This document shows positions 9,908 through 20,195 of a stretch of 64,000 bases of DNA, piece after piece; the first letter of the stretch is position 1, and every line of letters starts with the position of its first letter. Both the position numbers and the translations under genes were made by a program. This DNA is from Puniceicoccales bacterium. Its GTDB lineage: Bacteria > Verrucomicrobiota > Verrucomicrobiia > Opitutales > JAIRKQ01. The notes below the pieces were generated by a model. That model was not told where the DNA came from. It was given only the letters and a program-made list of their open reading frames with translations, and made no database searches. The DNA lies in assembly GCA_031268175.1 (NCBI GenBank), contig JAIRXR010000011.1, positions 149,229 through 213,228 on the forward strand, written 5' to 3'.

Positions 9908-10393
9908 ATGAGGCGGTTCGTCAGATGTTTTGCGGTTCTCGCGGTTTCGACTGTGATTCTTTTCGGTGCTACAACGCAATCCGACGCCAGGGCGAGGTCT
10001 AGATCTGCAAGAAGACAGGAGCCAGTCGAGGAACCGGAGCGCATCTCCGCTGGAACTGTGCAGCGCTTCATCAGGAAGGGCATGTACTCCTACGAGGTTG
10101 TGGAAGCGCTCGGGTCGCCAAATATGGTGACGAAGAATGCCGAAGGAAACGAGACCTGGGTCTACGATAAGATTCGATCGGAGTATGTTGTTAAGCAGTC
10201 CGACGGAGGTATTTCCCTTGGAATCGGCGGCGTCGGGCTAATCGGAACGGGACTCCTCGGTGGTGGTGTGGGCGTCGGCGGGCATTCGTCGAAGGGATCC
10301 GGCTCATCGAGCGAGCGCACCCTGACCATAGTCATACACTTCGACTCCGAGGCCAAAGTTGTTGACTTTTCATACAGAACTACATCTTTCTGA
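9908..10393 (+). CDS. secreted SmpA/OmlA (BamE-like) domain protein with a glycine-zipper segment
   Basis: Signal-peptide-like MRRFVRCFAVLAVSTVILFG, then IRKGMYSYEVVEALGSPN...WVY resembling the BamE domain, then a Gly-rich GIGGVGLIGTGLLGGGVGVGG stretch. The track ORF begins at 9818. Confidence 0.4.
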   Translation: MRRFVRCFAVLAVSTVILFGATTQSDARARSRSARRQEPVEEPERISAGTVQRFIRKGMYSYEVVEALGSPNMVTKNAEGNETWVYDKIRSEYVVKQSDGGISLGIGGVGLIGTGLLGGGVGVGGHSSKGSGSSSERTLTIVIHFDSEAKVVDFSYRTTSF

Positions 10394-10404
10394 CCTGGAG
10401 GCGT

Positions 10405-10944
10405 ATGCTCAAAATTAGGCTTGAAAAGTTTTTTGCGTTGTCGATGCTGTCGGCGCTGTGTTGCCTCGGCGGATGCTATTCCGATGGAGATGACAGCGCG
10501 AACCGTCAACAGCGTACCAGCGTGGACATACAGGCGCTGCAAACGCGCCAGTTCGAATGCTCGTACAAAGTGGCGTTTGCCGCCGTTGTCGATGTATTCC
10601 AGGATTTGGGATTTGTCATACAATCCTCTGATTTTACAACCGGGTTAGTCATAGCGAAAAGCAACGTGCAAAGTCGCGAGTCGCTCGGATTTTCGACATT
10701 CAAACCGGAAACTAAGGCAACGTGGGACGTCGGGACGGCGCATGTCGAAGAAGTCGGACATAATATCGTGTCGGTGCGCGTTAGCTTCGTCAGGCACAAA
10801 AAAGCTTCCTACGAGTATGGGTCTTCGAGCGAAAGTAGCTTTGCCATAACTGACGGGAGGTTTTATACGAATTTCTTCGAAAAGGTGGACAAGTCGATCT
10901 TCATTAGGCACAACCTGAAAGCGACTGCTAACGACCCGTTTTGA
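10405..10944 (+). CDS. hypothetical lipoprotein
   Basis: MLKIRLEKFFALSMLSALCCLGGC has a lipobox (LGGC) at the end of a signal peptide. No recognisable domain. Confidence 0.45.
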   Translation: MLKIRLEKFFALSMLSALCCLGGCYSDGDDSANRQQRTSVDIQALQTRQFECSYKVAFAAVVDVFQDLGFVIQSSDFTTGLVIAKSNVQSRESLGFSTFKPETKATWDVGTAHVEEVGHNIVSVRVSFVRHKKASYEYGSSSESSFAITDGRFYTNFFEKVDKSIFIRHNLKATANDPF

Positions 10945-11168
10945 TCTAAAGGGATTGTTTCGCTGTAAATTACGTCTCTCTGTGACGAATGTCATGCACC
11001 ATGGTGTGCGTTTTAGCGTGCGCCGATCAGTCCCAGCGGAAAAATGCAGCGGCGGTTTCGCCAGGCGATACGCTCCGCGCGCCAGAACTTTTAGCTTTCA
11101 TTCGAGTTGTATCACCGCACGCATGCGGACGGCAGGGCATTGCCAGGGACGAATTTTTGCTTTTTCCC

Positions 11169-13106
11169 CTACTCAACGACGAGCATGTCGTTGTTCCGAA
11201 TGCTCTTGCTGTACCGCTGCAGAAATACCTTCATAAATTCCTCGAGCTGTTCCATGCATACCCTGCGAGATTCGCTATTGGCCAAGTTGTTTTTCAAAAG
11301 GAAATCCGATCTCTCGTAAAATCCAACGACTTTCATCCCGTCAAACCTTAGTACAAAATCCTTCACTATCAACTGGTAGATGCCATCGACGTAACTCACT
11401 GCAAACCGAGGGGCGTCCACATCGAACAAACTTGAGCCGAACGAAAAGTAGTCGTGCGAAATTCCTATGAGATCCAAAATTGATGGCATAAGGTCTATTT
11501 GCTGTGCGACTTCATCGGATTTTCCGACCAGCTTCCCGCTCGGATCGAAGAACATCAGAGGAATCGAATAGCCTCCCAGTGTGTTTTTGTAGTACCCTTG
11601 CTGCGGACAGGATATGTGGTCTGCGACCAACACGAATATGGTATTTTTATACCAGTCCATTTTTTCGGCGGTTTCGAAAAATCTCCGCAGCGAATAGTCA
11701 GTGTACGCGATCAGCTCCTGCATCGGTTCCTTCCCACTACCTTTCGGAAATTTGCCGTGCAATCTTTTGGGATATAGAAATGGATGGTGCGACGACAGCG
11801 TGAACAAGACCGAGAAAAATGGTTTTTTGGCCTCATTAACTTTCTTCGCCACGAATTGGAAAAATTCTTCGTCGTAAACGCCCCAGCCGCTAATGTCCAA
11901 AGGAGAGCCATCGTAGTCGCATTCGCAATAGTATTCCTCGATTTGGGCCTTGGTGCGCAGGCTATCAAAGTTGCACGAATTTCTTTTTCCTCCGTAAAAA
12001 AACATGGTCTTGTACCCATCTCTTTGCAGGAGCAAAGGCAAAGATACGATTGCATTCTCGCCGTAAGCGCTGGTTATGTAGGACGAATTGAACAGTCTCG
12101 GAACGCCCAACATGACGGAAGTTAACCCATCTATGGACGTTGCCCCATTGGCAAAGCCGTCAAAAACGTAACTCCTTTCGATCAGCGAATCTAAAAATGG
12201 AGTAAAATGCCCATCTGGGAGCTCCTTAAACTGCCTATCGAGGGCGCCCACGTGCTCCGCCGAAAAACTTTCCAAGATTATTATGAATACGTTTTTTCCC
12301 TTGAAATGCTCACTCAAGGCGCATGGTTTCGCACTTGCGTGTCTCGGAGAAAATTTCACCAATCGGATATCATCCGCTGCAAAGTATCCGCGACGTGGCA
12401 TGTTTGCCTTTTTTCTCGTGTGGAAAACGTCAAACGCCGTGTTTTTCACAAGGCACACAGTGCCGCTGGTCGGCGCATAGATGTTTACATCAACGGGCTT
12501 TAGCGGTTTGCCCTGCAACCCACCGCGAATGCCAATTACCAAAGCAACCATAGACACTAAAAAGTACGCAAAATCACGCCTTCCAATGTTTGCAAATTTT
12601 CCCGTTTGCCTAAATTTAAGCATGCACATGGCGAGCGCACAGATCAAAAATACGCCCACCAACGCAACGTACCAGTAGCGCGTAAGCATGTTAATGTACA
12701 CCGACGAATCTTCAATCAGCATGGCCGCTTGGGCAAATATTTCGCCGCCCATGCGCTTGAACGTGAACGAAAACAACTTGGCGTCAACGACGTTTACCAG
12801 GATGATTAAGAAATTGACAGCAAAAAACCACGTCTGCGCCAGTGCATTAAAAAATTTCCACGACCGTAATTTGGAAGGCAAAGACCAAAATACCCAGATC
12901 GGCGCGTTGAAAATCGCAATCGTTGACGCATCAAACCTCAGGCCGACGAGAAATGCCAGCGCGACGCTGGCAGAGGTTTCGCCTGACAAAAATTCACGAT
13001 TGCACAGGAAAAACAGCAAACGTGCGGCCGAAAAAATAGCCATTAGCGCGGCGAATTTGCACAGCAAAATCACCCAATAATTTTTCTCTTGTCTTTGTTC
13101 CAACAT
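11169..13106 (-). CDS. LTA synthase / phosphoglycerol transferase family membrane sulfatase (alkaline phosphatase superfamily)
   Basis: Five N-terminal TM helices followed by a sulfatase-type domain (VFIIILESFSAEHVG). Length is 645 aa. Confidence 0.75.
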   Translation of the reverse strand: MLEQRQEKNYWVILLCKFAALMAIFSAARLLFFLCNREFLSGETSASVALAFLVGLRFDASTIAIFNAPIWVFWSLPSKLRSWKFFNALAQTWFFAVNFLIILVNVVDAKLFSFTFKRMGGEIFAQAAMLIEDSSVYINMLTRYWYVALVGVFLICALAMCMLKFRQTGKFANIGRRDFAYFLVSMVALVIGIRGGLQGKPLKPVDVNIYAPTSGTVCLVKNTAFDVFHTRKKANMPRRGYFAADDIRLVKFSPRHASAKPCALSEHFKGKNVFIIILESFSAEHVGALDRQFKELPDGHFTPFLDSLIERSYVFDGFANGATSIDGLTSVMLGVPRLFNSSYITSAYGENAIVSLPLLLQRDGYKTMFFYGGKRNSCNFDSLRTKAQIEEYYCECDYDGSPLDISGWGVYDEEFFQFVAKKVNEAKKPFFSVLFTLSSHHPFLYPKRLHGKFPKGSGKEPMQELIAYTDYSLRRFFETAEKMDWYKNTIFVLVADHISCPQQGYYKNTLGGYSIPLMFFDPSGKLVGKSDEVAQQIDLMPSILDLIGISHDYFSFGSSLFDVDAPRFAVSYVDGIYQLIVKDFVLRFDGMKVVGFYERSDFLLKNNLANSESRRVCMEQLEEFMKVFLQRYSKSIRNNDMLVVE

Positions 13107-13141
13107 GTGTGATCTTCGCAGATGGGTTACGCGAAGAGCTA

Positions 13142-13549
13142 ATGAAAATTTTATACGCGCAAAGGAAAATCTGCAGGAAATTGCTCAAAATGTCCATAAT
13201 TCTGGCGCTGAGGTACGTAATCAACCCGCTGAGCTATTCGATCAGCGGCATACGTTTCATGCGCCACGAACGGCCATTTCGCGTGGAATTGGTTTGCGGC
13301 ATAGTGGTTCTTCCCGTGTGCTTTTGGTTCTTTGGGTGGAGTTGGAAGCTTTGGTTGCTCGTACTCAATTTTTTCGTGTTGCTAATCGCGGAATGCCTGA
13401 ACACTGCCATCGAGTCCGTAGTGAATCTCTCCGCTCAAAACAAAAAACTTCCGCTCGCAAAAAAGGCGAAGGACACGGCCAGCGCTGCGGTCTACATCGC
13501 ACTGTGGAACATAGCGATTTTCGGAATTTTCATGCTCACTCTGCGCTAA
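13142..13549 (+). CDS. dgkA: diacylglycerol kinase / undecaprenol kinase family
   Basis: The AECLNTAIESVVNL motif (DgkA catalytic E...N region) and three TM segments. The start is ambiguous (track ORF from 13109). Confidence 0.7.
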   Translation: MKILYAQRKICRKLLKMSIILALRYVINPLSYSISGIRFMRHERPFRVELVCGIVVLPVCFWFFGWSWKLWLLVLNFFVLLIAECLNTAIESVVNLSAQNKKLPLAKKAKDTASAAVYIALWNIAIFGIFMLTLR

Positions 13550-13556
13550 ATTCTCG

Positions 13557-14249
13557 CTATTTTTTTAGCAAAAACTCGTCGATTTTTGACGAAATTATTG
13601 CAATAACCGAGTCCAGTCCGTTGGCCACCGTATCTATTTTGCAAACGCCTTCGCCGCAAATGGTTCTCTTGCCGTCCATTTTGTCGCGTTTGCCGATTGA
13701 ATCGTCCTCATTGTCCTTCTCTCGGCGTAGGAAACGCTTGCCGGCATCAGCTTCTAGGAAAATCTTTAGGTCGGCACCTGGAAGTACGACGCTTGCTATG
13801 TCCCGCCCCTCCATCACTACGCCGTTGAATCCGCGAGTGCGGGCGATTTCCACCTGCAATCTCTGATACGGCAGCAGAAATTTCCTCACCTCATCTACAG
13901 ATGAATACGCCGAGACTGAGTCGTTGACTTCGCGAGCCCGCAGCTCTTTGTCGCCAAAGGTCTCGCCGCTAATCGTAACGCAGGCAACGTTTTTTGAAAT
14001 TTCGGAACCGACGGTGGTTTTGGCCAAAAAATTTCGGATGCCATCCATGTCGCCGCTTCCAATGCCTGCGCGCATTAGTCCTAGCGTGATGGCTCGGTAG
14101 TGAGCTCCCGTAGACACGGCGAGCAGGTTATATTTTTCCGCCAGGCGCAGTGACGTCGACGTCTTGCCGGACGCCGCCGTACCGTCGATCGCTATGACCA
14201 CAAAATTTTCTCCCACGCGGTCCGTGGTAAATTTCACCATTTCGCCCAT
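13557..14249 (-). CDS. cmk: cytidylate kinase
   Basis: IAIDGTAASGKTSTS P-loop and an STGAHYRA lid region. Internal ATG at 14249; the track ORF extends to 14435. Confidence 0.8.
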   Translation of the reverse strand: MGEMVKFTTDRVGENFVVIAIDGTAASGKTSTSLRLAEKYNLLAVSTGAHYRAITLGLMRAGIGSGDMDGIRNFLAKTTVGSEISKNVACVTISGETFGDKELRAREVNDSVSAYSSVDEVRKFLLPYQRLQVEIARTRGFNGVVMEGRDIASVVLPGADLKIFLEADAGKRFLRREKDNEDDSIGKRDKMDGKRTICGEGVCKIDTVANGLDSVIAIISSKIDEFLLKK

Positions 14250-14424
14250 TGCTGTGTCCTGAGAATTAAAAGTTTCGGAAAGATCAAATAAAGAGTTAGA
14301 AAATTTGCCAATATTTTTAATTGCACCTGCACGCGCTAACCTCGCATGCGCACACGACAAACGCCATCGACGTTGGCGAAAATTTTCTCGCAAAAAACTA
14401 TTTCCCGATAAGTATGGGCCGGTC

Positions 14425-16269
14425 ATGTGCAGCATAGTAGGGTATGTCGGGGACAGGGATGTGGCTCAAATTCTGCTCGATGGGTTGGAACGTATGGAAT
14501 ACAGAGGCTACGATTCCGCCGGCATCGCCGGCATCCAGGGCGACGATTTCACAATCGTCAAGCGCCTGGGAAGGGTCAAAAATTTGTCCGATGCCATCGA
14601 TCCATCTATTCACTTTGAAGGCATCGGCATCGGGCATACGCGGTGGTCGACGCACGGCAAGGTTTCAGTAAAAAACGCCCATCCACACGTGAGCTTCGGC
14701 GGTCTTTTCACCATCGTGCACAACGGTGTCATAGAAAACTACGAATCCATAAAAAATTTTCTCAGCGATAGCGGCTACAAATTTTACTCGGAGACGGACA
14801 CGGAAGTCTTGGTAAACCTCATAGAATACCACTTCAACAAAGAGAAAGACTCTGGCAACAAATTTTTGAGGAGCGTGCAAAAGGCATTGCTGCACGTGAG
14901 AGGAACCTACGGCATCGCCGTTCTCTGCAAGCGCAATCCGAAGGAGATGGTGGTGGCTAGAAAAAGCTCTCCGCTGCTGCTCGGCATAGGGGACAATGAA
15001 ATGTTCGTGGCAAGCGACGCCTGCGCCATAGTCGCATACACAAAAAATGTCGTCTACCTGAATGACGGGGAACTGGCCCACATCGCACATTCCGACTTCT
15101 CCATAATCACGATGAGAAACGAGAAAATTGACGCCGTGAAATGCCAACTCGACTGGGAAATCGAAGATGTGTCGCGGGGCGCATACGAGCACTTCATGCT
15201 GAAGGAAATTTGCGAACAGCCGATGGCCTTGCAAAACGCCATGCGCGGGAGATTTTCCGATGACCTCAGCACGGCAAAATTTGGCGGACTGCGCCTGTCG
15301 CCCATGGAACTGCGCCAAGTCGATAGAATTCTGTTTTGCGCCTGTGGCACGGCCTGGCACGCATGCCTAGTCGCCGAATATCTGATGAAAAAGTATGCGA
15401 GAATACCGACGGAAGTGGAATACGCCTCCGAATTTCGCTACGGCAACATCCCCCTCGAAAAAAACACCCTCGTCTTCGTCATCAGCCAATCCGGAGAAAC
15501 GCTCGATTCCTTTGCGGCCATGCAGGAAGCCAAGCGCAAAGGCTACCGAACCCTGGCGATAACCAACGCCGTTGGATCGACCATAGCAAGGGAATCCGAT
15601 GGTGGAATCTACCAGCATTCTGGGCCGGAAATCGGCGTCGCATCGACGAAAGCATTTACGGCACAGGTTTGCGTGGCGGCAATGCTAGCCCTGCTCTTCG
15701 GCCGGCTACGGGACATGGGATTCGACGAGGGGTTCGCATTTGTGCAGGCGCTGCACGAATTGCCGGCAAAAGTCGCCCAAATCGTTGAAAGCAGGGAGGA
15801 AATTCGGCTAATCGCTGAAAAATACGCCCACTGCGAGGACATGCTGTTTCTCGGGCGCCAATCCATGTTTCCCGTCGCCCTCGAAGGCGCGCTAAAACTA
15901 AAGGAAATTTCCTACATTCACGCCGAAGGGTACCCGGCCGCGGAGATGAAGCACGGGCCAATCGCGCTGGTCTCCGAAAAATGCCCGTGCGTGTTTTTGG
16001 CAACGCAGAATGACATTCTGCAGAAAACGATGTCCAACATCCAAGAGGTAAAGGCGCGGAACGCCAGAGTCGTCGCCGTAGTGTCCGAAGGCAGCGACCT
16101 TTCCAGTGGATTCGTCGATGACCTAATACAAATTCCACGCACGCACGATGCCCTGAAACCGATCCTCGCGACGGTGCCGTTGCAACTGTTCGCCTACTAC
16201 ATCGCCAGGGCACGTGGCTGCGACATAGACAAGCCGAGGAACCTTGCCAAATCGGTGACCGTGGAATAA
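14425..16269 (+). CDS. glmS: glutamine--fructose-6-phosphate aminotransferase
   Basis: MCSIVGY N-terminal nucleophile Cys, two SIS domains and a C-terminal ...KSVTVE. Track ORF is 14305..16269 and the true start is the MCSIVGY ATG at 14425. Confidence 0.9.
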   Translation: MCSIVGYVGDRDVAQILLDGLERMEYRGYDSAGIAGIQGDDFTIVKRLGRVKNLSDAIDPSIHFEGIGIGHTRWSTHGKVSVKNAHPHVSFGGLFTIVHNGVIENYESIKNFLSDSGYKFYSETDTEVLVNLIEYHFNKEKDSGNKFLRSVQKALLHVRGTYGIAVLCKRNPKEMVVARKSSPLLLGIGDNEMFVASDACAIVAYTKNVVYLNDGELAHIAHSDFSIITMRNEKIDAVKCQLDWEIEDVSRGAYEHFMLKEICEQPMALQNAMRGRFSDDLSTAKFGGLRLSPMELRQVDRILFCACGTAWHACLVAEYLMKKYARIPTEVEYASEFRYGNIPLEKNTLVFVISQSGETLDSFAAMQEAKRKGYRTLAITNAVGSTIARESDGGIYQHSGPEIGVASTKAFTAQVCVAAMLALLFGRLRDMGFDEGFAFVQALHELPAKVAQIVESREEIRLIAEKYAHCEDMLFLGRQSMFPVALEGALKLKEISYIHAEGYPAAEMKHGPIALVSEKCPCVFLATQNDILQKTMSNIQEVKARNARVVAVVSEGSDLSSGFVDDLIQIPRTHDALKPILATVPLQLFAYYIARARGCDIDKPRNLAKSVTVE

Positions 16270-16273
16270 GTAA

Positions 16274-18859
16274 ATGAAGGATTTTCACAGGCAAATTCTA
16301 CTGCTTGCACTAATTTTTGGTGGCGCGCAGTGTTTCGCCGGTCCCGATGAGGCGCAAAATTTCGCCATCGATGGTGATCTTGTTGCCGTCGAAAATTTGG
16401 CAAGCGGAAAATTTGCGTCCCTGTTAAACAGCGGCAATGGGGCGTATAAAGTTGGATTCTTTTCCCTGGCGAAAAAATTTTTCACCGATGCACTGGCCAT
16501 AAAACCGCTGTCCAATGAGCAAAGGTGCATGGCCTTTTCCGGGCTAATCGAATCATGCCTTGCAACCGGAGATTTTTCCGAGATGGCGAACAAATTTGAC
16601 GCAATTTCGAAGTTGGCAAATGCCGAGGTGCACCCGAAGGCACACGGCCGATTTTTGGTGGACGCAGCCATTGCCGCGTGCCTAAAGAACGATTTCTCGA
16701 TGGCGAACAGGATTTTGTTAAAATCGGACATAAAAAGCTTCGGCGATTTCGAGCTCGCCTGGTACTATGCCGCCAGGAGCGCCATTTTCGCCGCGGCCAT
16801 GAACTTTGAAGAAATGGGGCACAATTTGGAAGAGGCTGAAAAGCACTCCACCTCAACTGATCAAATCGCTCAAATTCAAGCATTTGCCGTCCAATTCATG
16901 CTGCAAACACCGGCGAAATCCAGTGAATTCAGCGGCGTACTGAGCGCGCTCAATGCCCTGTGTAAAAAATACGGATGGCAAAAAAATGGATACCCATTTG
17001 TGCGAGCCTACGCGCTTCTGCTAATCCGTTCCGGAAACGGCAAGGGGGCAAAGGCCGTGCTTGCAGAACACGCGGCGCACGTGGGCGATTCCGATGTGCA
17101 GAATTTGCAATCATTCCGCCTGTGTGAGGCAATTGCCGGTGGTATCCACTCTCCCGATGGCTACGCCATAGTAGGCAATCTACTGCTGTCAGAGGCCAGC
17201 GACGAACTGAAGCAGCAGGCTCTGAAATTATTGACTATGGCGGCGGAAAACAAAAATCAGCGGCTGGAAGCCATAGGCATGCTGTCAGACCAAAGATTTC
17301 AAAAATTGCCGCAGCGCATTAGCCGGCAGATAATGCTGACCAAGATGAGCCTCGCCGTCGACGCTGGCGACATGGCTACGGCGCAGAAGGCATGCGAAGA
17401 GTTCACATCCCAGTTTCCCGGGGATACTTTGGTGAAAAATGCATGGGAAGCCATCGCATACCTGGCGTGGCAGCGAGACCCGAAGGACTACCGCATGGCG
17501 GCGCATTACTTCGGCAAAGTGCGTGACCTTGCGCAGAGCGAGGAGGAAAAAATCCCGACCACCATACAAATGGGCAACGCTTTTTACCTCAGCGAGGCCT
17601 ATGATATCGCTGCCCAGGCCTATGAAGAGGTCCTCAAAACACATTTGAAACTGGACGGCGTGCAACTTGACAGATTGCTGTGCCTACTTATCCAAGCTGA
17701 CATCAAATCGGAAAATTTGGCCGCCGCGGAACGGCATCTGCAAGCTTTCAAAAAAAATCACAACCTACTCACGGAATACCGATGGCACGCCGAATTATCC
17801 TACATAAATGCGCTAATTCACGCAGGTGAAGCCGACAAAGCCACTGACTATCTGTCGCTGCTGTTGGATTCGTACTCGCCCAGCATTCAGCCATTCTATC
17901 TTGTAAAATTCTATTTGCTACAGGCGCATTCGATGTTTTCAAATGGAAAATACCAGCAAGCGCACATCATGGCCTCGCGCATTTGCGAACACTTCCCCCA
18001 CAGGAGCAATTCAGCCGAAATCGCCGAAATCGTCGCCAGGGCGCTGTTCATCAAGGGGACCTGCGAATTGAAGCTTAGGAATGAACGCGATGGCCTGCAA
18101 ACCTTCGCGCTGCTCAGAAAAACCTATGCAAAATTGGATCCGGCGATGCTGTCACACTTCGAAGAGGCGGAATATTTTTATCGCGGCGGTGATGTTTCGG
18201 GAGCATGCCAAACTCTACTTGAATGCGCGAAGGCCGAATGCAAATATTCGCCATTCGCCTACTACAAGTGCGCCGAGTATTACAAATCCCTCGGACTGCA
18301 GAGCTACGGCGATGCGATGGCGTGCCTGTCGGACTTGATCGCGAAATATGGCGACCACGAAATTGCCTATGCAGCGCGGTTGGACATCGCGGATTTACTG
18401 CGCATGAGCGGCAGATTCGGTGACGCGGAGCTGGTATACGAGGAGCTGCTGAAGGATTTTCCGTTCGACCAGAGATACCACTTCACGGAATTTTGCCTCG
18501 CAAAAACGATCTTCGCCCAGAAGGCACGCGGAGAAATTTTCGCCGAACGGGCCCAGGTAGCGCTCGAGCGGCTGTATGCAACGGCCACATTCGACAGATC
18601 GCTGCACATGGAAATTGCCGCGACCTACTGCTTTGTCCTGGATGAAAATTCCAAAGTCGAAGAAATGAAAAGGATCGCCTGGGAAACCTTGCTGGCGACG
18701 GTTTCCAGCGAAAGGGAACTGAGCCACAACGACATCTACTGGCTGTTGCAAATTGCAAATTTGCTCGCCCAATACGAAGCCTGGGCAACCGGCGACGAGA
18801 CCGTTGCTCTGCGCAAAATCGTGGAAAAGCTATGCGCAATCTCCGGAAAGGCGAATTAG
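16274..18859 (+). CDS. large secreted TPR-like repeat protein (hypothetical)
   Basis: 861 aa with an N-terminal signal peptide (ILLLALIFGGAQCFA) and a helical repeat-rich composition. No catalytic motif seen. Confidence 0.6.
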   Translation: MKDFHRQILLLALIFGGAQCFAGPDEAQNFAIDGDLVAVENLASGKFASLLNSGNGAYKVGFFSLAKKFFTDALAIKPLSNEQRCMAFSGLIESCLATGDFSEMANKFDAISKLANAEVHPKAHGRFLVDAAIAACLKNDFSMANRILLKSDIKSFGDFELAWYYAARSAIFAAAMNFEEMGHNLEEAEKHSTSTDQIAQIQAFAVQFMLQTPAKSSEFSGVLSALNALCKKYGWQKNGYPFVRAYALLLIRSGNGKGAKAVLAEHAAHVGDSDVQNLQSFRLCEAIAGGIHSPDGYAIVGNLLLSEASDELKQQALKLLTMAAENKNQRLEAIGMLSDQRFQKLPQRISRQIMLTKMSLAVDAGDMATAQKACEEFTSQFPGDTLVKNAWEAIAYLAWQRDPKDYRMAAHYFGKVRDLAQSEEEKIPTTIQMGNAFYLSEAYDIAAQAYEEVLKTHLKLDGVQLDRLLCLLIQADIKSENLAAAERHLQAFKKNHNLLTEYRWHAELSYINALIHAGEADKATDYLSLLLDSYSPSIQPFYLVKFYLLQAHSMFSNGKYQQAHIMASRICEHFPHRSNSAEIAEIVARALFIKGTCELKLRNERDGLQTFALLRKTYAKLDPAMLSHFEEAEYFYRGGDVSGACQTLLECAKAECKYSPFAYYKCAEYYKSLGLQSYGDAMACLSDLIAKYGDHEIAYAARLDIADLLRMSGRFGDAELVYEELLKDFPFDQRYHFTEFCLAKTIFAQKARGEIFAERAQVALERLYATATFDRSLHMEIAATYCFVLDENSKVEEMKRIAWETLLATVSSERELSHNDIYWLLQIANLLAQYEAWATGDETVALRKIVEKLCAISGKAN

Positions 18860-18875
18860 CGTGAAAATATTTTCC

Positions 18876-19787
18876 ATGGCCATTTGCATCCTTTCAATTT
18901 CCTGCGCGAACGCCAGTGGCGGCGACATTTTTACGGCCGGCGAGGCCGTCGCGCTGGGTATCACCCAGGGAGCGACGGAATTTCTGCCAATTTCGTCCAC
19001 GGGACATTTGATACTGGTGGATAAGTTTTTACTTAACCATCGGCTGGAAGAATTCGGCGATGGAGAAGATGTGGCGGCGTCCGCACTGAGGGCGCGGGGC
19101 AAAAGTTCCTATTTCTGCATAATTCAGTGCGGGTCAATTTTGGCAGTATTGCTTCTGTACAGGAACCGCTTCCTCCAAATGGCCCTCAGCGTGCTCGGTA
19201 AAGATTGCCGCGGGCGCAAGCTAGCAATCAATTTGATCGTTTCGTTTTTGCCAGCCGCACTGGTTGGCCTCGCCGCCGACGGATGGATCCAGAAAAAGCT
19301 GTACGGCGAAATTGCCATTTCAATGGCACTGCTGATCGGTAGCGCGATCATGCTCCTCGCAGAGATGGCACACAATAAAAAATCCGAAGCGAACTTTGTT
19401 TCCATCGAGGATCTGACCGCACGGAAGAGCTTCGCCATAGGCTGCTGGCAATGCCTGGCCCTCATCCCTGGGATGAGCAGATCCATGGCGACAATCGTCG
19501 GTGGCTACGGATGCGGACTGCGCAGATCCGACGCCGTGGAATACAGTTTCCTACTGGGCGCATTGACGCTGGCTGCAACGGTTATGTACAAGTGCGCCAG
19601 AGACTTCGACGCAATATTCCTCTGCCTGGGCGCTGGAACATTTTTCATGGGAATTGCAATAGCCTTCGCCGTATCGGCCGCCACAATCAAAATTTTCACC
19701 GCATTCGTCGCGCGCCACGGCACCTACGTTTTTGCCGCATATAGAATAGTTTTAGCGATCGCAATTCTGTGCAATGCGCTGGCATAA
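18876..19787 (+). CDS. uppP: undecaprenyl-diphosphatase
   Basis: LGITQGATEFLPISSTGHL matches the BacA/UppP signature. It is a multi-TM protein. The ATG at 18876 follows the upstream gene stop at 18859. Confidence 0.85.
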   Translation: MAICILSISCANASGGDIFTAGEAVALGITQGATEFLPISSTGHLILVDKFLLNHRLEEFGDGEDVAASALRARGKSSYFCIIQCGSILAVLLLYRNRFLQMALSVLGKDCRGRKLAINLIVSFLPAALVGLAADGWIQKKLYGEIAISMALLIGSAIMLLAEMAHNKKSEANFVSIEDLTARKSFAIGCWQCLALIPGMSRSMATIVGGYGCGLRRSDAVEYSFLLGALTLAATVMYKCARDFDAIFLCLGAGTFFMGIAIAFAVSAATIKIFTAFVARHGTYVFAAYRIVLAIAILCNALA

Positions 19788-19902
19788 ATTTATCCAAAGC
19801 TGCGAATCCAAGCGCATGGAATTCGCAGTGGAGCAGTATGTGTAAAATTTCTTGGGAAAATTCTTGATTTTTACCGCTCACATCCTATCTCCTGAAATGG
19901 TC

Positions 19903-20139
19903 ATGGCCAGAATTTGCATAGTGACCGGAAAGGTCCGATCGGTGGGTTGCCGCATAATAAGGAAGGGGCAATCCAAGAAAAGTGGCGGCATAGGAACGCA
20001 CGTCGTAAAGCGGACGAAGCGCCTATTTAAGCCAAATTTACAGCGCATACGCGTGATGCTTCCCAGCGGGCAGGTCAAGCGCGTTTGGGTTTCCGTGAAG
20101 GCAATCAAGGCGGGACTGGTCCAAAAAGTTGTGTCCTAG
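19903..20139 (+). CDS. rpmB: 50S ribosomal protein L28
   Basis: MARICIVTGKVRSVGCRI...RLFKPNLQ matches the L28 family. The track ORF starts at 19852. Confidence 0.8.
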   Translation: MARICIVTGKVRSVGCRIIRKGQSKKSGGIGTHVVKRTKRLFKPNLQRIRVMLPSGQVKRVWVSVKAIKAGLVQKVVS

Positions 20140-20195
20140 GATAGCCTAGCGGGTGGATAGCTGTTCGTTGCCTGTTCAACACTCGAGAGGAATGC

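Noticed and set aside
13105-13866. 253-aa plus-strand ORF
   Set aside because: It is antisense to cmk, overlaps dgkA in another frame and has Arg/Ser-rich composition typical of out-of-frame translation in GC-rich DNA.
14665-16294. Two long minus-strand ORFs (231 and 212 aa) inside glmS
   Set aside because: They are antisense to a confidently identified glmS, with Arg/Pro/Ala-rich low-complexity translations. These are shadow ORFs.
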